64,000 bases of DNA from the human T2T-CHM13v2.0 reference genome, Homo sapiens: the NCBI RefSeq assembly GCF_009914755.1, contig NC_060940.1. One strand, 5' to 3'. The translations under genes and the position numbers were made by a program. Each line of letters begins with the position of its first letter. Positions within the stretch are counted from its first letter, which is position 1. Of the stretch, positions 17,291 to 31,500 are shown in pieces. The notes under the pieces were generated by a model. It did no database searches. It worked only from the letters and a program-made list of their open reading frames with translations, and was not told where the DNA came from.

Positions 17291-18171
17291 GGCTGGAGTA
17301 CCAGAGGCCGAAGCGTCAGACCTCCTGTGACGACATCGAGGTGCTGTCCACCGGGACACCCCTGCAGCAGGAGAGCCCCGAGCTGTACCGCAAGGGCACC
17401 ACTCCCTCCGACCTGACCCCCGACGACAGCCCCCTGCAGAGCTTCCCCACCAGCCCCGCGGCCACCCCGCCGCCCGCGCCCGCCGCCAGGAACAAGGTCG
17501 CCCACTTCTCGAGGCAGGTGTCGGTGGACGAGGAGCGGGGCGGGGACATCCAGATGCTCCTGGAGGGCCGGGCCGGGGACTGCGCCCGCAGCAGCTGGGG
17601 CGAGGAGCAGGCCGGGGGCTCCAGGGGTGTCCGCAGCGGTGCCCTGCGCGGCGGCCTGCTCGTGGATGACTTCCGCACCCGAGGTTCGGGCCGCAAGCAG
17701 CCCGGGAACCCCAAGCCGCGGGAGCGGCGGACGGAGTCACCCCCCGTGTTCACGTGGACTTCCCACCACCGGGCCAGCAACCACAGCCCCGGAGGCTCCA
17801 GGCTGCTGGAGCTGCAGGAGGAGAAGCTGAGCAACTACCGGATGGAGATGAAACCCTTGCTGAGGATGGAGACGCATCCCCAGAAAAGACGCTACAGCAA
17901 GGGCGGCGCCTGCCGGGGCTTGGGGGACGACCACCGCCCCGAGGACCGGGGCTTCGGGGTGCAGAGACTGCGGTCCAAGGCCCAGAACAAGGAGAACTTC
18001 AGGCCGGCCTCCTCCGCGGAGCCCGCCGTGCAGAAACTGGCGAGCCTGCGGCTGGGCGGGGCCGAGCCCCGGTTGCTGCGTTGGGACTTGACCTTCTCCC
18101 CGCCCCAGAAATCCTTGCCTGTCGCTCTAGAGTCCGACGAGGAGAATGGGGATGAGCTCAAGTCCAGTACG
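17291..18171 (+). CDS. JPH3: Junctophilin-3 exon 4 (881 nt), (G)LEYQRPKRQTSCDD...DEENGDELKSST, divergent region
   Basis: ccccatacag|GG acceptor, ACG|gtgagt donor, inside ORF 17083..18228, CpG-rich codon usage. Confidence 0.97.
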
Positions 18172-20996
18172 GTGAGTGGGCGGCCACCAGGCTGGTCCCA
18201 GTGGAGGCAACATCCACCTCTCTGCTGACCTGGTGTTTCCTGAGGGTTTCCAGCAAGGTCACTGCTCCCCTGTTCCTCTCCAGGGGTGGAGTAGGGTGGG
18301 GGTACAGCCGGGAGTGGTGGCCCTCAGGTCGCTGGGACCCTCCCCTAGGAAGCCAGGTGGGGCAGGTGTCATACCTCTTTCCGTGAGAGGCTGCCCCCAG
18401 GTTGTCCAGAAAGCACACGAAACTCCTGGTTTCCAGGCAGCATGGGATCCCTGCGCTCCCCGCAACGTGCTCAACCCCAGCTGCTCCAAGAGTCTGTGCC
18501 CCTGGTCAGTAGCCTTGGGCCGTGAGATGACCGCTTGAGTGTCCTGTGTCCTGGATAGGAACCCAGAGGCGAAACAGCTGGGGGCAAGGCTGGCCCTGGG
18601 GCTGGGAGTCAGGTCTGGGGTTGGGGGGAGCTGCCAGTCCAGGTTTCTCTCACCCATGGGGGGTGTTGGGGTTGGAGCCGGCTCCCACGTGAGGCCCGCT
18701 GTGTGCAACTCACCGTCAGCCTCACCCAGCACCCCCCCCCCAAATTCGTTCCTCCAGGGCAGGCAGCTTGGAGGGAAGAACAGCGTCCCCCTGGGCTAGA
18801 CTCGGCGCGAGGCTGGGGGTCCCAGGCTAGACTCGGTGTGCGAGGCTGGGGGTCCTGGTGCCTCACACAGGGCTGGCCTCCCCTTGAAGGGACCTTCACT
18901 CTGCAAATCCCACCCTGCTCCCTTGACCAGTGCTGCAGGAATGAAGGGCTTTGGGAATGAAGGGCTGTGGGACGGTGGCTACATAGGATCTGCGCACGGC
19001 CAGGCCCTCACCCCAGCAGGGCTCTGCTCGCTCGTGGCTGCCAGGCAGTGCGTGGTGCTGAACAGAAGTGCTGCAAGCCAGTCTGCCCCTCGGGTGTGAG
19101 GACGCAGGGGGGTGTCCGCAGGGGGCGCTCAGGGCGTGTGGGCCGGGCAGGGGGGACCATTGGTAGGTTTATTGTCGACGCTGCGGCAGGGGTCGGTGTC
19201 TGTCCCTGCCCCTGACCTAGGGGAGCTGTGGTTTTCTCCTCCTGCCAGCCCCACCCCCAGAGGGGTCACCGCGTGACACCCCTTTGAAGGGGCACGTCCT
19301 GCCGGGCGGCAATGCCTGTTTCTGCCTCTCCTTGGAACCACTGCGGACGTCTGTCTGTCCTGTTGGGTTCCTAAGATGCCTCCCCGTTCCCCAAAGCCCA
19401 CAGAGAACAGCCCCTATGCTCCTGCTGGGACCAAAATACCAGCTCACACTTACAACTTGATTTTCCCCATCGCAGCCGGAGATGTGTGCGTGGCTGTGCG
19501 CGCGCGGTTATTTTAGGAACAGCCAAGCAGTGGGCAGGGTGGGAGGTGTAGGGACGGGTTCTATTTTTAGCCTGCTTAATGCACTGACACTTTTGGGTGC
19601 TTTTAAATGAACCTCCCTGGGGGTCAATGCACAAGCTGGGGACAAGTGCCAAGCTGGCCTCTGGGATGAGTTAGCGACACGCAGGGTGCTACATGCTGCC
19701 CTGGTCCTGCCCGGTCTCCAGCTGGGGCTAATCTGGAGGTCCCGTCAGCTGCAGCATCATGTCCCACCCACCCTGGAGGATGCCAGCTGAGCTCCTTGGA
19801 AGTGGCCACCCTGGGGTACCTGGTGCTGGTGCAAACAAGGTTTCCCTCCCTGTCTCCCTCCCCGTCTCCCTCCCCACAGCTTTGGAGCTGTGTTTTCTGC
19901 CAGGTCTGTGAGGGGAGATGGTGTGTAGAGGCGCGGTCAATCCTAAGCACTGTTCCAGGCCCTGTTGGTGGGAAGCAGGAGGGGCCCGTGCCAGCCGGCA
20001 TCCATGTCAGGGGACAGGTGTCAGGGCAGTCGGGTGCCAGGCTGGGCTGAGTGCCTTCAGTGCCACCCCCTCACAGGGGTACAGCTCTCTGCAGTGTCTC
20101 CCCTGGGCCACCAGCAGGGTCTGGGGTGCTGTCTTCTGGCCATCCCCCTCCACCATTCCCAACATGCTGCAGAGCTCACACGCCAGAGGCCCTGGGTCCC
20201 ACTGGCCACAGATGGGCCTGGGATTCTAGCCCACATAGGGTCCCACTGGCCACAGATGGGCCTGGGATTCTGGCCCGTGTAGGGCCCTGGCAATTCAGGG
20301 TAAAGTCCCTTAGGATGGAAGCACAGGTTCTCCCTACCGCTCTACTGGTGAAGGAACTCTGGCCCTGGCTGTTTCCCTCTTGGTGAAATGATGGATATGA
20401 CCTGATGGTGGGGTCCAGGGTTGGAGGATGGCTGGGGAGACAGAAGCTTCCCTCCTGCGGGCAGCCACGCCCTCGCCCACAGCGTCCGTACCTGCTTCCC
20501 GGCCCAGAGCACGGGCTGGACTGTGGCAGAAGAGGTGCCACTGACCACCCCACTCTGTCCTGCTACCCCACTACAGGCTGACTAGCATCCGGCCCTTCCT
20601 CCTCGCTGGGGTGGGGGAACTTTGCACCAGGGGTGGCATCAGTGGGCAGGGCTGGGCCCTTGGCTGTTCTCTGCCCCCTGCAGGCTGGCCCGGCCCAACC
20701 AAGTTGTCATGGGGCCCAAGACTCACAATACACCTGCCTGAGGCCACGATGCCACGGAAAGCTGGGCTCAGGGCAGCTTGCTTTCTCTCTGGCTGAGTGG
20801 AGGCCCTTGCTGTGTCCACAACTCCACTTCCATCTGCGCCTCAGGTCCCTGATAGGCTGGGAGGTTGCGGAGGGTGTGGGCCTGGTGCTGCTGTGGCTGC
20901 AGGTGCCCCCTAGGCAGCACCTCACCCTCTGAGGACCCTCCTCTCTGAGCTGCATCCCAAGGACAGTTTACAAAGCCCTTTGCTGACTGGGGTTCA

Positions 20997-21325
<329 letters not shown>

Positions 21326-24224
21326 GTTTCTCAAGCCAGTGTCTCTAGGGCCTGAGGGCTCCAATCCCCAGTGTGAGGTGAGGCGCTCGGGCCTGGGAGC
21401 TGATGCCCAGCATACAGTCGGGGGTGCCCCTGCCAGGTGTGGTGCAGAGCACGGCGGGGGTGTGTGAGACCTGAGGATAGCGTCTGGATGTTTCTCTCAC
21501 GTTAACGGGAATGAGATAGGCTCATTGGCTGCTCATCCCCAAATCCAAATGGAAAACCGCCATTCGGGCCAGGCAGAGGCAAGTACTCCCACCCGTTGCC
21601 GCTGCCGTGTTGAGCCCACCGTGCCGAGTGGTGTTGGCAGGAGCCTCCCGAGGAAGCTGTGCCAACGCAGGAGTGGTCAGAGCCTGTCCAGGCCACAGAC
21701 GGGGCTACGATGAGCACTGCTGCCCAGGGCATGTTGGGGGCAGCTCCTGGAGACCACAGGGAGGGGAGGTGGGCACCCAGGTGTGGGCAGAACTGGACCA
21801 GGAGGAGGAGGGGCAGCAGCTTGCTCAAGGCACAGGGCCTCAGCCACAGGGTGGCGGGCTGGGAAGGGGCGAGGGTGTGGTGGGTTCTGAGTGCCCCATG
21901 CAACGGCTGTTTTGGGCCACGTGCTCAAGCAGGCACCCAGGGAAGACCAGCCTAGGTGCTGGCGTGAGGCCCTTCAACATCAGCTACGATGCTGCTTCAT
22001 CAGGAGCACAGCCTGGGGAAAGAATGAAACTGACCCAGGAGACAAAAGGGTCCCCGGGCCAGACGGTCAAGCAGGAGGCTGCTTCGCTGCCGCGGGATGT
22101 GGCATCCAGGCTAGGCAAGGGGACGGCAGGCTGCCATCCCCAGAGGGAGTTCTCCGGGCAAGGCCGTGACCCCACTGGGGCTCTGAGTTTGCATCCTTCC
22201 TGTGTGTCAAGAGCAGAGCCGGCCACTGCCAGCCCATAGCTCCCATGGTGCGGCCCTGGAGAGCTGACTTCATGCGGGATGTCTGCTGTTCTTTGCGTAG
22301 CTTTACTGAGACAGAAAGCGTGTACTGTTCACTTCAGGTGGCCACAGTGTACAAGTCAGGGATTTTAGTGTATTCCCAGTTATACAGCCATCACCCCCAA
22401 TTCTATCTAGATCAGCTCCATCACCTTAAACCTCAGGGCCATTGAGCAGGCACTTGCTGTCCCCTCCTCCCCCAGCTCCCGGACTCTGCTTTCTGCCTGG
22501 TGCCCAGCTTCTCACGCAGCATGCACTGCTCCTGCGCTTTCTCTGTGGCAGCCGCGGTTGCACGGCCCATGTCTTCCCCGCTGTGTGTTCATCCTCCACT
22601 GGACAGCTGGCTCTGCTTCCACTCCGTGGCTGTTGTGAATCCTGCTGCCGGGAGTGTGTGCACACACAAGGTTTTGAGTGGAGGCTTGACTTTGCCCTCT
22701 TAGATTTAGGCCTGGGAGTGGAACTGCTGGGTCCCCGGTGTTCTCATCAATTCTCTTCCAGTCTCTGGGAGAGGAGCCAGCAGCAGCTGCTTCGTTGTGG
22801 GTGGGGGGAAGGGGGAGGCCCGTTGTTCGGGCTCCCCTCCTTAATGCAGGCCTGAGCAGCCCTCACCTGGTGCCACATGAGCTACTCAGTCTTAACAGAC
22901 CACCCCATCATGTCTTTGAAATTTGACCAGAGGCCAGACTTGGGGGCTTAAAGGAGTCCATGGAAAACCAGTCTGTTAACAGGGAGGGGGAGGAGAGTAG
23001 CCATCCCTGAGGAATGTGCATCCTGGGACCTTCAGGACAAGCCCTGGTCCATCTGTGTCGCACAGCAGCAGGATGTCTGCGTGGTAGGAAGTGGAGGGCT
23101 CCGGGGGCTCTGAACAGCTCCTTACCACAGTGGGGTCTACATCTCCTTCCAGGTGGCTGCGAGATGCAGGGCGTGGTGGGGGTGGGGAGAGGCAGGGGCA
23201 AGTGTCCTCTGGAAGCAGACTGTGGGCAAGACTGGAGTGGGTGTCCCAGCCATTCCTGGGCTGGGGCCACCGTCCAGGAGGCGTCCATTCCCTGTGCAGC
23301 AGGTACTGTATCTGTAGGGCAGCACCCACCCCTGCCGTCCTGGGAGCTTCCCAGAGGGGCCACGCTCCCTCTCCCCCTGCCTGGTGTGAGCAGAACACAG
23401 CAGAGTGCAGGACTGCAAGAATCACTGCAGAAGGGCGCCCCCGGAAAAGGCTCTGTTGTGAGACGTGTCCTACCTGGCCCCGGCAAGCACAGGGAAGGTG
23501 GCAGCTTGGTCCGAGTGCCCAGGCTGTGCGGCTGAAGGGGGAGTCTGGCACTTGGGGCTCCGGCGGAGGCTGAGGACTTGTGAGCCACTTCAGGGAGGTG
23601 GTGGCAGCAGCATTCAGGACCATAACCTAAATCCAAGGCAGCTCGCAATTGGACACAGTCCTCCAGAGCCAGTTGGCGTGAGGGGTTTGTTGAGGAAGGT
23701 GTGGTGAGGGGGGGTTTTGTTGAGGACACTGTGCTCACGGACTTTGGGAGTCCTCTGAGTTCCAGGGCCTCTCTGCTGGGCTGCATCTGACACTGGCCAT
23801 GGCAGCCATGCGGGCCCTTCTGAGATTCTGAGGTCCCAGTTCCACAGGGCAGGAGAAGCCTGCTGACTGGCACAAAGGCCACACGCACCGAGACGTTTGC
23901 TTGCAGGGAGGCCTGGGTGGTTCTCTCCAAGGGGACCCTGGGAGAGCTGGTACTCAGGGTGTCGGGGCCACAAGGGAATTCCAAGGGAATTCCAGGACCA
24001 GCAACCTCAGACGTACAGGCAGCTGGGGCTTCTCTCCCGCGTCTGGACTTCACGGAGCTCAGGTTCTGGTGGGCCTTTGGTGTCCAAGCGTTTCTAACAT
24101 CCTCCCGTACGCTTCCACCCCCGAGGGTCTGCTAGCTTGGTGAAAAGACGTGGGTGGGAGGCGTGGTGGCCCAGGCAGAGCCCCCCGCAGCTGTCGCTCA
24201 CCTCTTCCCCTCGCTCTCTTCCAG

Positions 24225-24305
24225 GGCTCAGCGCCTATCCTGGTGGTCATGGTGATCTTGCTCAACATCGGAGTCGCCATTCTGTTTATTAACTTTTTCA
24301 TCTGA
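24225..24305 (+). CDS. JPH3: Junctophilin-3 exon 5 coding part, GSAPILVVMVILLNIGVAILFINFFI* (C-terminal ER/SR membrane anchor)
   Basis: ctctcttccag|GGC acceptor in phase 0; hydrophobic tail-anchor typical of junctophilins; tandem TGA TGA stop. Confidence 0.97.
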   Translation, partial: GSAPILVVMVILLNIGVAILFINFFI

Positions 24306-25795
24306 TGAGATGTCGCGGTAGCAAAAATAGAGAAAGGGTAGAAAAAAGGGACATTAAAATTAAAAGCAAAACCACAAGAAGGGAAAGACCGCAACTCGGA
24401 CAGCCCAGCGACTTCCAAGTCCTCTCACAGAAGAACCACACGATTGGGTATCACTCACAGTTTGCCTTTTTTTCTGGGTAATGTTTTTTGGATTTTAGCC
24501 AAAATTCTTTGCTTGTATAACACTCTGCTGTGTGGCATGGCAGAAGGAGGCCAGCACGCAGCCCCTCCAGCTCCACGTGGAGACAGAAGGGATCCCGGCA
24601 CATCAGTGGTAACAGCGGACGTTGTCCTCGTGGTCACACGTCCCGTCTTGGGTGTGGATGGAGGGCAGCCCGGGGCAGAGCCTCAGCCCCGCGGCCCCTG
24701 AGTGGCAGGGCTGACTCCCGTCGACACGAGCTTAGAAAGTGGATTCACTGCTTTCTCTGTCTAGAACAGACGGGTGACAAGTATGGGCAGGAGGCATGGG
24801 GCAGGGTGGCCCACCCCAGTGGGCAGTAGCCTGGCCTTTTTCTGTGTGAGATCTGTGCTGCACACCTGAGGGAGGGGGAGGGATCGGCCACCTCCTCCCT
24901 GTGAGACGGATGCAGGTCCTTCCCTCTTCTCGGCACTGCCCCCGGCCTTCCATGAGAAGCCGACTCCCCACACCGAGTTTTAAAGCAAAGCCCTTTTCTT
25001 CTGCTGCCCACTCACTGTGGGTCCCATTCGGCTGTTTCCCCCACCAGACCCCAGGGAAGCCGGGGCCCACTCCGATCCGCCTGGGCTCAGCTAAGCACGG
25101 AAGCCAAGGGGGCTGTGCCGTGGAGCTGGGCTCGCGCCGGGGCTCCGGGTGTGTGCGCTTGGCGTGCAGGGTGGACGCGTGGGGTTCCGTGTCCCCAGCA
25201 GTGAGGGCCCTAGAGGACGCCTTCTCCCATGGTTACTGATCTCCACGGGTTTTCACATCTCTGTACTGTGCCTGCCTCAACTTCCCCTAACAGATATGCA
25301 TATTCCTTCCAGATGCCTCAGTGCTACACCACAGTGGGCCTGGTCCCAGGACAGGAATGCGGTTCAAACCCAGTGGCTTGAAACTTCCTGAGAAACTGTA
25401 GCATATCCAGCCCCCTAAAATGTACAATGTAACTTGTTCAGTCCAACAAAAACAGGTTCCTTATGTTTCTGCCTTCTCCACCAGGGTCGCTCCATCACCC
25501 AAACAAAAGAACAAGGTTTGCCAGGATGTCCGAGTGCCCCCTGGCCCTGGCTCTCGTGTGCATGGACGTGCCTGAGGGGTCCGGGCACGGCCATACGCAG
25601 GACCCCTGTGCCCGGGGAGGCGCTGCAGGGATTCCCCATCCGGTCGTCTTGGGGCCAGCCCGTCTTATGGACTCTGCCTTGCTTTGCTTATGTTTAGCTG
25701 TTTCTCTGCTACCTTTCGAGCAGACTTCTTTACTACACTGCACTGGATTGCTATATTTTTAACCAGAAATAAACTAAAGATTAGAGCATGTTCCA
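24306..25795 (+). other. JPH3: JPH3 3'UTR (~1.5 kb)
   Basis: Between the stop codon and AATAAA plus U/GU-rich downstream element; cleavage position approximate. Confidence 0.85.
25768..25773 (+). terminator. JPH3: JPH3 polyadenylation signal AATAAA
   Basis: AATAAA followed ~30 nt later by ttcagttttattgttttcc; upstream TGTA motifs near 25421-25431. Confidence 0.9.
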
Positions 25796-26107
25796 GTTAA
25801 ATTCAGTTTTATTGTTTTCCGTTACATGTTCACTCCCTGTTCCTTCTCGCCGCCTGGTCTGGTGGGGGCATAGGAGAGGGAGGGAGGACTGAAGGTCATA
25901 CATTTCTGATAATGTCGCTTTCTAAAGGGCTGTGACATTTTTGTACATCTTTTCCATCTTTTAGTAGCAAGTGGTTGCTGCAGACCAGAAGTGAACCAAA
26001 TAAAGACTCCTGCTCTGTGCAGCTCTCAGACTCCTGCTCTGTGCAGCTCTCACAAAGATCACAGCTGCTTTTGTACATTCCAGTAACTGCATGACACAAA
26101 ACGGTAC
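25790..26107 (-). pseudogene. Candidate terminal exon of a minus-strand transcript or fossil gene
   Basis: tgtttcctgctcacag|G acceptor, ~70-codon open frame to TGA at 25896, then AATAAA at 25813-25808. Confidence 0.5.
25808..25813 (-). terminator. Minus-strand polyadenylation signal AATAAA, convergent with JPH3's
   Basis: tttatt on the + strand; its downstream region on - (tctttagtttatttctggtt) is U-rich; a good acceptor lies upstream at 26107. Confidence 0.6.
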
Positions 26108-26843
26108 CTGTGAGCAGGAAACACATTCACACCATGAGACATGCACAGAGGCAGGTGTCCCTGAGCGAAGTTGTGCAGAGATCTAGGCCTAGGGGCAGTC
26201 AGCTCCTGCCGCAACACAACCTAGAAAACCAAGGCGAGAACGGCCCCTTGCCTTCCAGCAGCGAGGGCAGAGGGCAAAGCCACTTCCCTGTGAATTCCAG
26301 GAGGATTCAACCAAGGCTAAAATGCCCCGGGTCTGAGAGAATCGAATCTTTAATTGGTTTCCACATGGGGTGATTAAGGAGAAGGCTGCTTCCCGCCTGT
26401 CCGGAGCCTCGGCCTTCCCTGACAGGCACGCAGTCCCTCCGCCCAGGCCCAGGGGACCTGCTTCCCTGCACACAGTCGGGCAGGGCAGGACAGCATGTGC
26501 CCGGCTGGCTGCTGCTGCATGGAGAATTTGACGAGTTTTCATTAACCCGAGAGCAGCCTGGTGAGAGCCATTTTCCGCCCCAATAGCTTCTTCATGTTTC
26601 ACCTGTGCACCCGAGGCCAGGAGGAAGTGGTGGCATCCCCTGCAGACAGCAGCGCGGTCTGCGGGGGGTGGGTGTGGACAGCCCATGGGCCAGGCTGGCG
26701 TCTCCCCACCCTTACAAGCCTGCAGACAGGTCCACCTCTGGCCCAGGAACAGATGAGCCCCGCCCTGGAAGAGCTGGAGAAGACCCTCTGCCCCGGGGCC
26801 TCTGGTGAAACTGTCTGTGCCCACGGCTGGCCTGTTTTACTTA

Positions 26844-27389
<546 letters not shown>

Positions 27390-28102
27390 TCAGCTCGCTC
27401 CCCTGTAAGGCCCCAAGCCAGGCCATGGGCCAGCGGTCCCCGGGACGTCCATACTCCAGGCTCTAACCACACTTGCTCCTTTTCACTTGTAGAAGCACAT
27501 GGCCACCGCGTCTCACGGAGGGCCATCAGTCACCCCCAAGGCGCTGCAGACCTAAAGTGTGGAGAACTCGAGGGAAATGAAATGTTTTTCATACTTTTGC
27601 AGTTCAGGTTCTTGGTTGTCCTTTACTCCTTCCCCGGGAGGTTTTATCGACAGCTGGACCCGTCGGACTGAAGAGACCCTGAGGCCTGTGGTGGTCCCCA
27701 AGCTGCTGGCGCTCCTGGGCCGTGTGCGGGTGGCAACTCCCCTCACAGTCTTCATGGGACAGTGCGGATTTCACCTCATACGTGCGACAGACGCTCTGCA
27801 GGAGACAGCGGAAGGACCGTCTCCCTCCTCTAGGTCATGCTCACTTTCTCTGACTCTTCCGAAGTTTGATCTGACTGTTCTTGCCTTTGGTCTTGGAAAC
27901 TTGACATCAAGGTGCCTATTAGATTTTCAGTCGTCGCCTTCCATAGCTGCAGGTGCTGTGACTGTTTCTGCCTTCAGCCGGCCGACAGCACCGGGCGCAA
28001 CAAGCTTCAGGACATCATGATGCCGCCCTCCTGCAGTACCTTTAACCTCGCCCGGGCCAGGGTCTGCCTCCAGCCCAGGACCAAGACCCCGATTCCAGAT
28101 AA

Positions 28103-28552
28103 GGCGGAGGGAGGAGGGCAGGGGGTAGAGGGAGGAGGGCAGAGGGTGGAGGGAGGAGGGAGGAAAGAGGGTGGAGGGAGGAGGGCAGAAGAAGAGGGCA
28201 GAGGGAAGAGGGTAGAAGGAAGAGGGTGGAGGGAGGAGAGAAGAGGTGGAGGGAGGAAACAGGGTGGAGGGAGGAGGGAGAACGCTGGAGGGCAGAGGGA
28301 GGAGGGCAGAGGGCGGAGGGAGGAGGTTGGAGGGCGGAGGGAGGAGGTTGGAGGGCGGAGGGAGGAGGTTGGAGGGCGGAGGGGAGGAGGATGCAGGGCA
28401 GAGGGAGGAGATTGGAGGGCGGAGGGAGGAGGTTGGAGGGCAGAGGGGAGGAGGTTGCAGGGCAGAGGGAGGAGGTTGGAGGGCGGAGGGAGGAGGTTGG
28501 AGGGTGGAGGGAGGAGGTTGGAGGGCGGAGGGAGGAAGCTGGAGGGCGGAAG
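28103..28552. repeat. Purine-rich ~21-bp minisatellite/low-complexity tract (ggagggaggaggttggagggc)
   Basis: Direct inspection; almost pure G/A strand. Confidence 0.9.
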
Positions 28553-31500
28553 GAGTCAGTCAACTCAGGCACCTGGTTGGCTTCTCTCGCGCCCAGGCCG
28601 CGTGTCAGGTGAGGCAGTCGGTACGCAGAAACTGAGGAAGCGACTGTCCCCAGGTGCCAAGGAGGTTGCTGGCTCAGCCTTCAAAACAAGCAAGGAAGAG
28701 TGCAGCTGCATTTGTTGAAAAAAAGCCAGGCTGTATTTTCACCATGTGCCCCCTGCCTTGAAAATGAACTACGGAATGCACAGCGCGTGGGGGGTGGGTG
28801 CTGGAAAGGGACAGAACAAGGGTCCGTGGCAACCACAAAGCACCTGCAGGCCAGCGCTTCCCGATGAGCAGAGGCGGGGGCTGGCACCTGGCGCTGGCTG
28901 CAGACGGGAAGTCAACGCCACCAAAGCAGAGGACCTCAGCCACCCAGGTTAGCAAGAGGGTAGCAGGGCGCTCAGGAACAGGTGAAGCCATACTGTGGAG
29001 AGAAGCTGAATGCTCCTCCCAAGCTTCAGCCCACCCATTAGGAACAAATGCTCTTTAAGTCTGTTTCTTCATGAAACCCAAAGTGGAAGTGCCTGAGCTG
29101 TGAATGCGGCCACAGCGTTCATGCCAGCTTGTTCCCAAGCCTAGGAGAAGCAAGCAGCCCCGTGACGGGCACAGGCCACAGTGTGGGCGTGAGCTCACCC
29201 CATGTGTAGCCGGGTGCTGGGCCCAGGCCGCTGGGTTTCTGGGGTCGGCAGAGTGGGCCAGGCAACAACCTCACATGCCTACCTCACTGCCACTCGTCCG
29301 CCTCGTCCACTCCTGGCATTTGGGATAAACATCCTGTCTCAGACACACCCTTCTCGTGCGCCCATGCCACCTGCTCAGGCCTATGCCGCCCGCCCGTCCT
29401 CCCAAGCGTGCACACCCGTCCGCCATCCTTCTCCCGTCTGTGCCCCATGGGACAGAGGCCTCCAGCTGCACCACCACTGCTCGTTAACAGCTGCCATCCA
29501 CACCGAGGAAGCCTCTTCGAGCCCAGGGAGTGGAGGATGGGGCTCTGCTGTGCACGTGCTCCCTCGGGCCCTCCCAGCAGTGGTAGATGGGGCTCTGCTC
29601 TGTCCTTCTTGGTCATCTTCCTGGGCCTGCAACAAAGCTCAGCCCAGCAGCCAGGCAGCTCCTTACAGAGGCTAACGCCGGGTCTGGTCCCTGGTGACCC
29701 CAGGCTGCTGTGAGAACTTGTGACCCCCGAGATCAGAACAGCCTTCGGGTCCCAGAGCTTCCCGCATGATCGTGTGTGGAACAGACCGGGAGATTCCAGC
29801 AGATATGGGTTCAACGTTGACCACCAACCTTGACAACCCAAGGGCTGCCTCCCCTGACCATGACAGCCAACTCCTCCTCCACAGTGGCTCTGCCAGGCGC
29901 CGAGTCCATAAAGGGCAGCCACTGTTTGGCAAGGAGGGCCGGTCTGCCGGGGGCTCCCAGGCCCTGGGGTCAGGCTGAGAGAGGAAGATGGGTGTGAGGG
30001 TGCAGGGGCAGGGGGGCGGGCCCTGCAGGGCAGTGCCTGGCCCGTCCTGCACCCCCAGCCTGGGAACCCCCGGCTTTCTCGCTTGGGCCTCTGGGGAGCC
30101 CGCGTCCCCAAATGTAGCCACATCAGAGCACACTTCTCCGGCAGCAACTTCCCAGGCATGTCCGTGGCCTCCTCGGGGGCAGGCGCCCCCTCCTGGACGC
30201 TGAGCTGACCTCTCTAGCAGGACTCTGCTCATCTGCACCATTTGCCATTTCCACAGAAACCCTGTCCCCAGAGCCCGGCGGAGAAAAAAACCACAGGGGC
30301 CTCTCTGCTCAGGGGAGCCACGCGGAAGAGGCACCCTCGCTCCAGCTGCCAAAGCAACTGAGCCTGCTGCAAACATCTCTGTGAACTCGGACAGGAAACA
30401 GTGTTAACCTGTGTTTCCTTCCAAGTCGGCCCTGGCGCATGTGAACTGCTTGCTAATACTGTGTACAATCACGCCGTGCAATGACAGAGAGAACTTTTCT
30501 TATTGATGAAGTGGTTTAAAAAGTTACCCTGAGCCTTTTTTCTTTGCTTTTAAGCTGGAAAGATAGCTTGATTACTTATGAAATGAAAAAAAGTTTTCCT
30601 AAATGAATGTAACAGTTTAAATCATACTGTTACGAAAACAACACTGTCAAGATTAAAAAGAAATTCTGCTCCTTTTAGTAATAAACAATGTCGTGTGACA
30701 CTTTGGAACGCTTCTCTCGTTACAAACCAGCGTCTTTACTGAAGGTCCTTCCGCTGCAGAGCTGCGCAATGGATGTGTGGACAGAGCTAGTCGGCACGTG
30801 GAGGCTCTCCTGGTTTTCGAGCAGGAAACGTGCTGTGAGCAGGAATCGCGAGTGAGTTCCATGGCGTCCCCGGGTCAGCGCGCGTGCAGGAATCGCGAGT
30901 GAGTTCCATGGCGTCCCCGGGTCAGCGCGCGTGGGGTCCTGTCTCGCTGGCTCACCACTGGTGGCCAGGGCATGTCTCCCCCAGCCCTGAGTCTCCGCAG
31001 TGGTGACCAGGGCATGTCTCCCCCAGCCCTGAGTCTCCCGGCAGTGGAGGCAGCGTGGGCACAGGGTTTGTCACAGCCTGTAAGTGAATGGAGGACACAA
31101 AAATAACCAGAGAGGCAGGCTCTGCCCTCCGGGAGTGCACAGGCGGTTTTTAAAATGTGTGCGTTCATGTAATTAAACGTCTCCGTTTGTTTCTCAGGGA
31201 GTGGTTACTCAATTTCTTCCCAGCCAGAGCTTTGTAAACCTGCGCTTCTCACCCCTCAGTGAAGCCTGAGTCCAGCCTCTAAAGGTGGGTCCCCTGGGTG
31301 GGCTGCAGCCAGTGGGGGCTTGGAAGGGCTCTGAAGGTTGAGACAAGGAAAACGGGCGTGAGCTGGACTCAGGGAAGCCGGGTCACCGTGGTACCTGCAC
31401 TGTGGCCCTTGGCCATGACAGTGTGTCAGCTTCCGGCAGGGACTGCTTGTGTGCCTCGGGACACCAGTGACCAGGTGTGGCCAGGCCCCAGATGGCATTG

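Noticed and set aside
19042-19062. RE1-like sequence (16/21 match) in JPH3 intron 4
   Set aside because: The essential GGACAG half-site is disrupted
22908-24053. 381-aa minus-strand ORF in JPH3 intron 4
   Set aside because: GC-rich chance ORF with generic P/A/G/S/L/R composition, no domain pattern and no evident splice context
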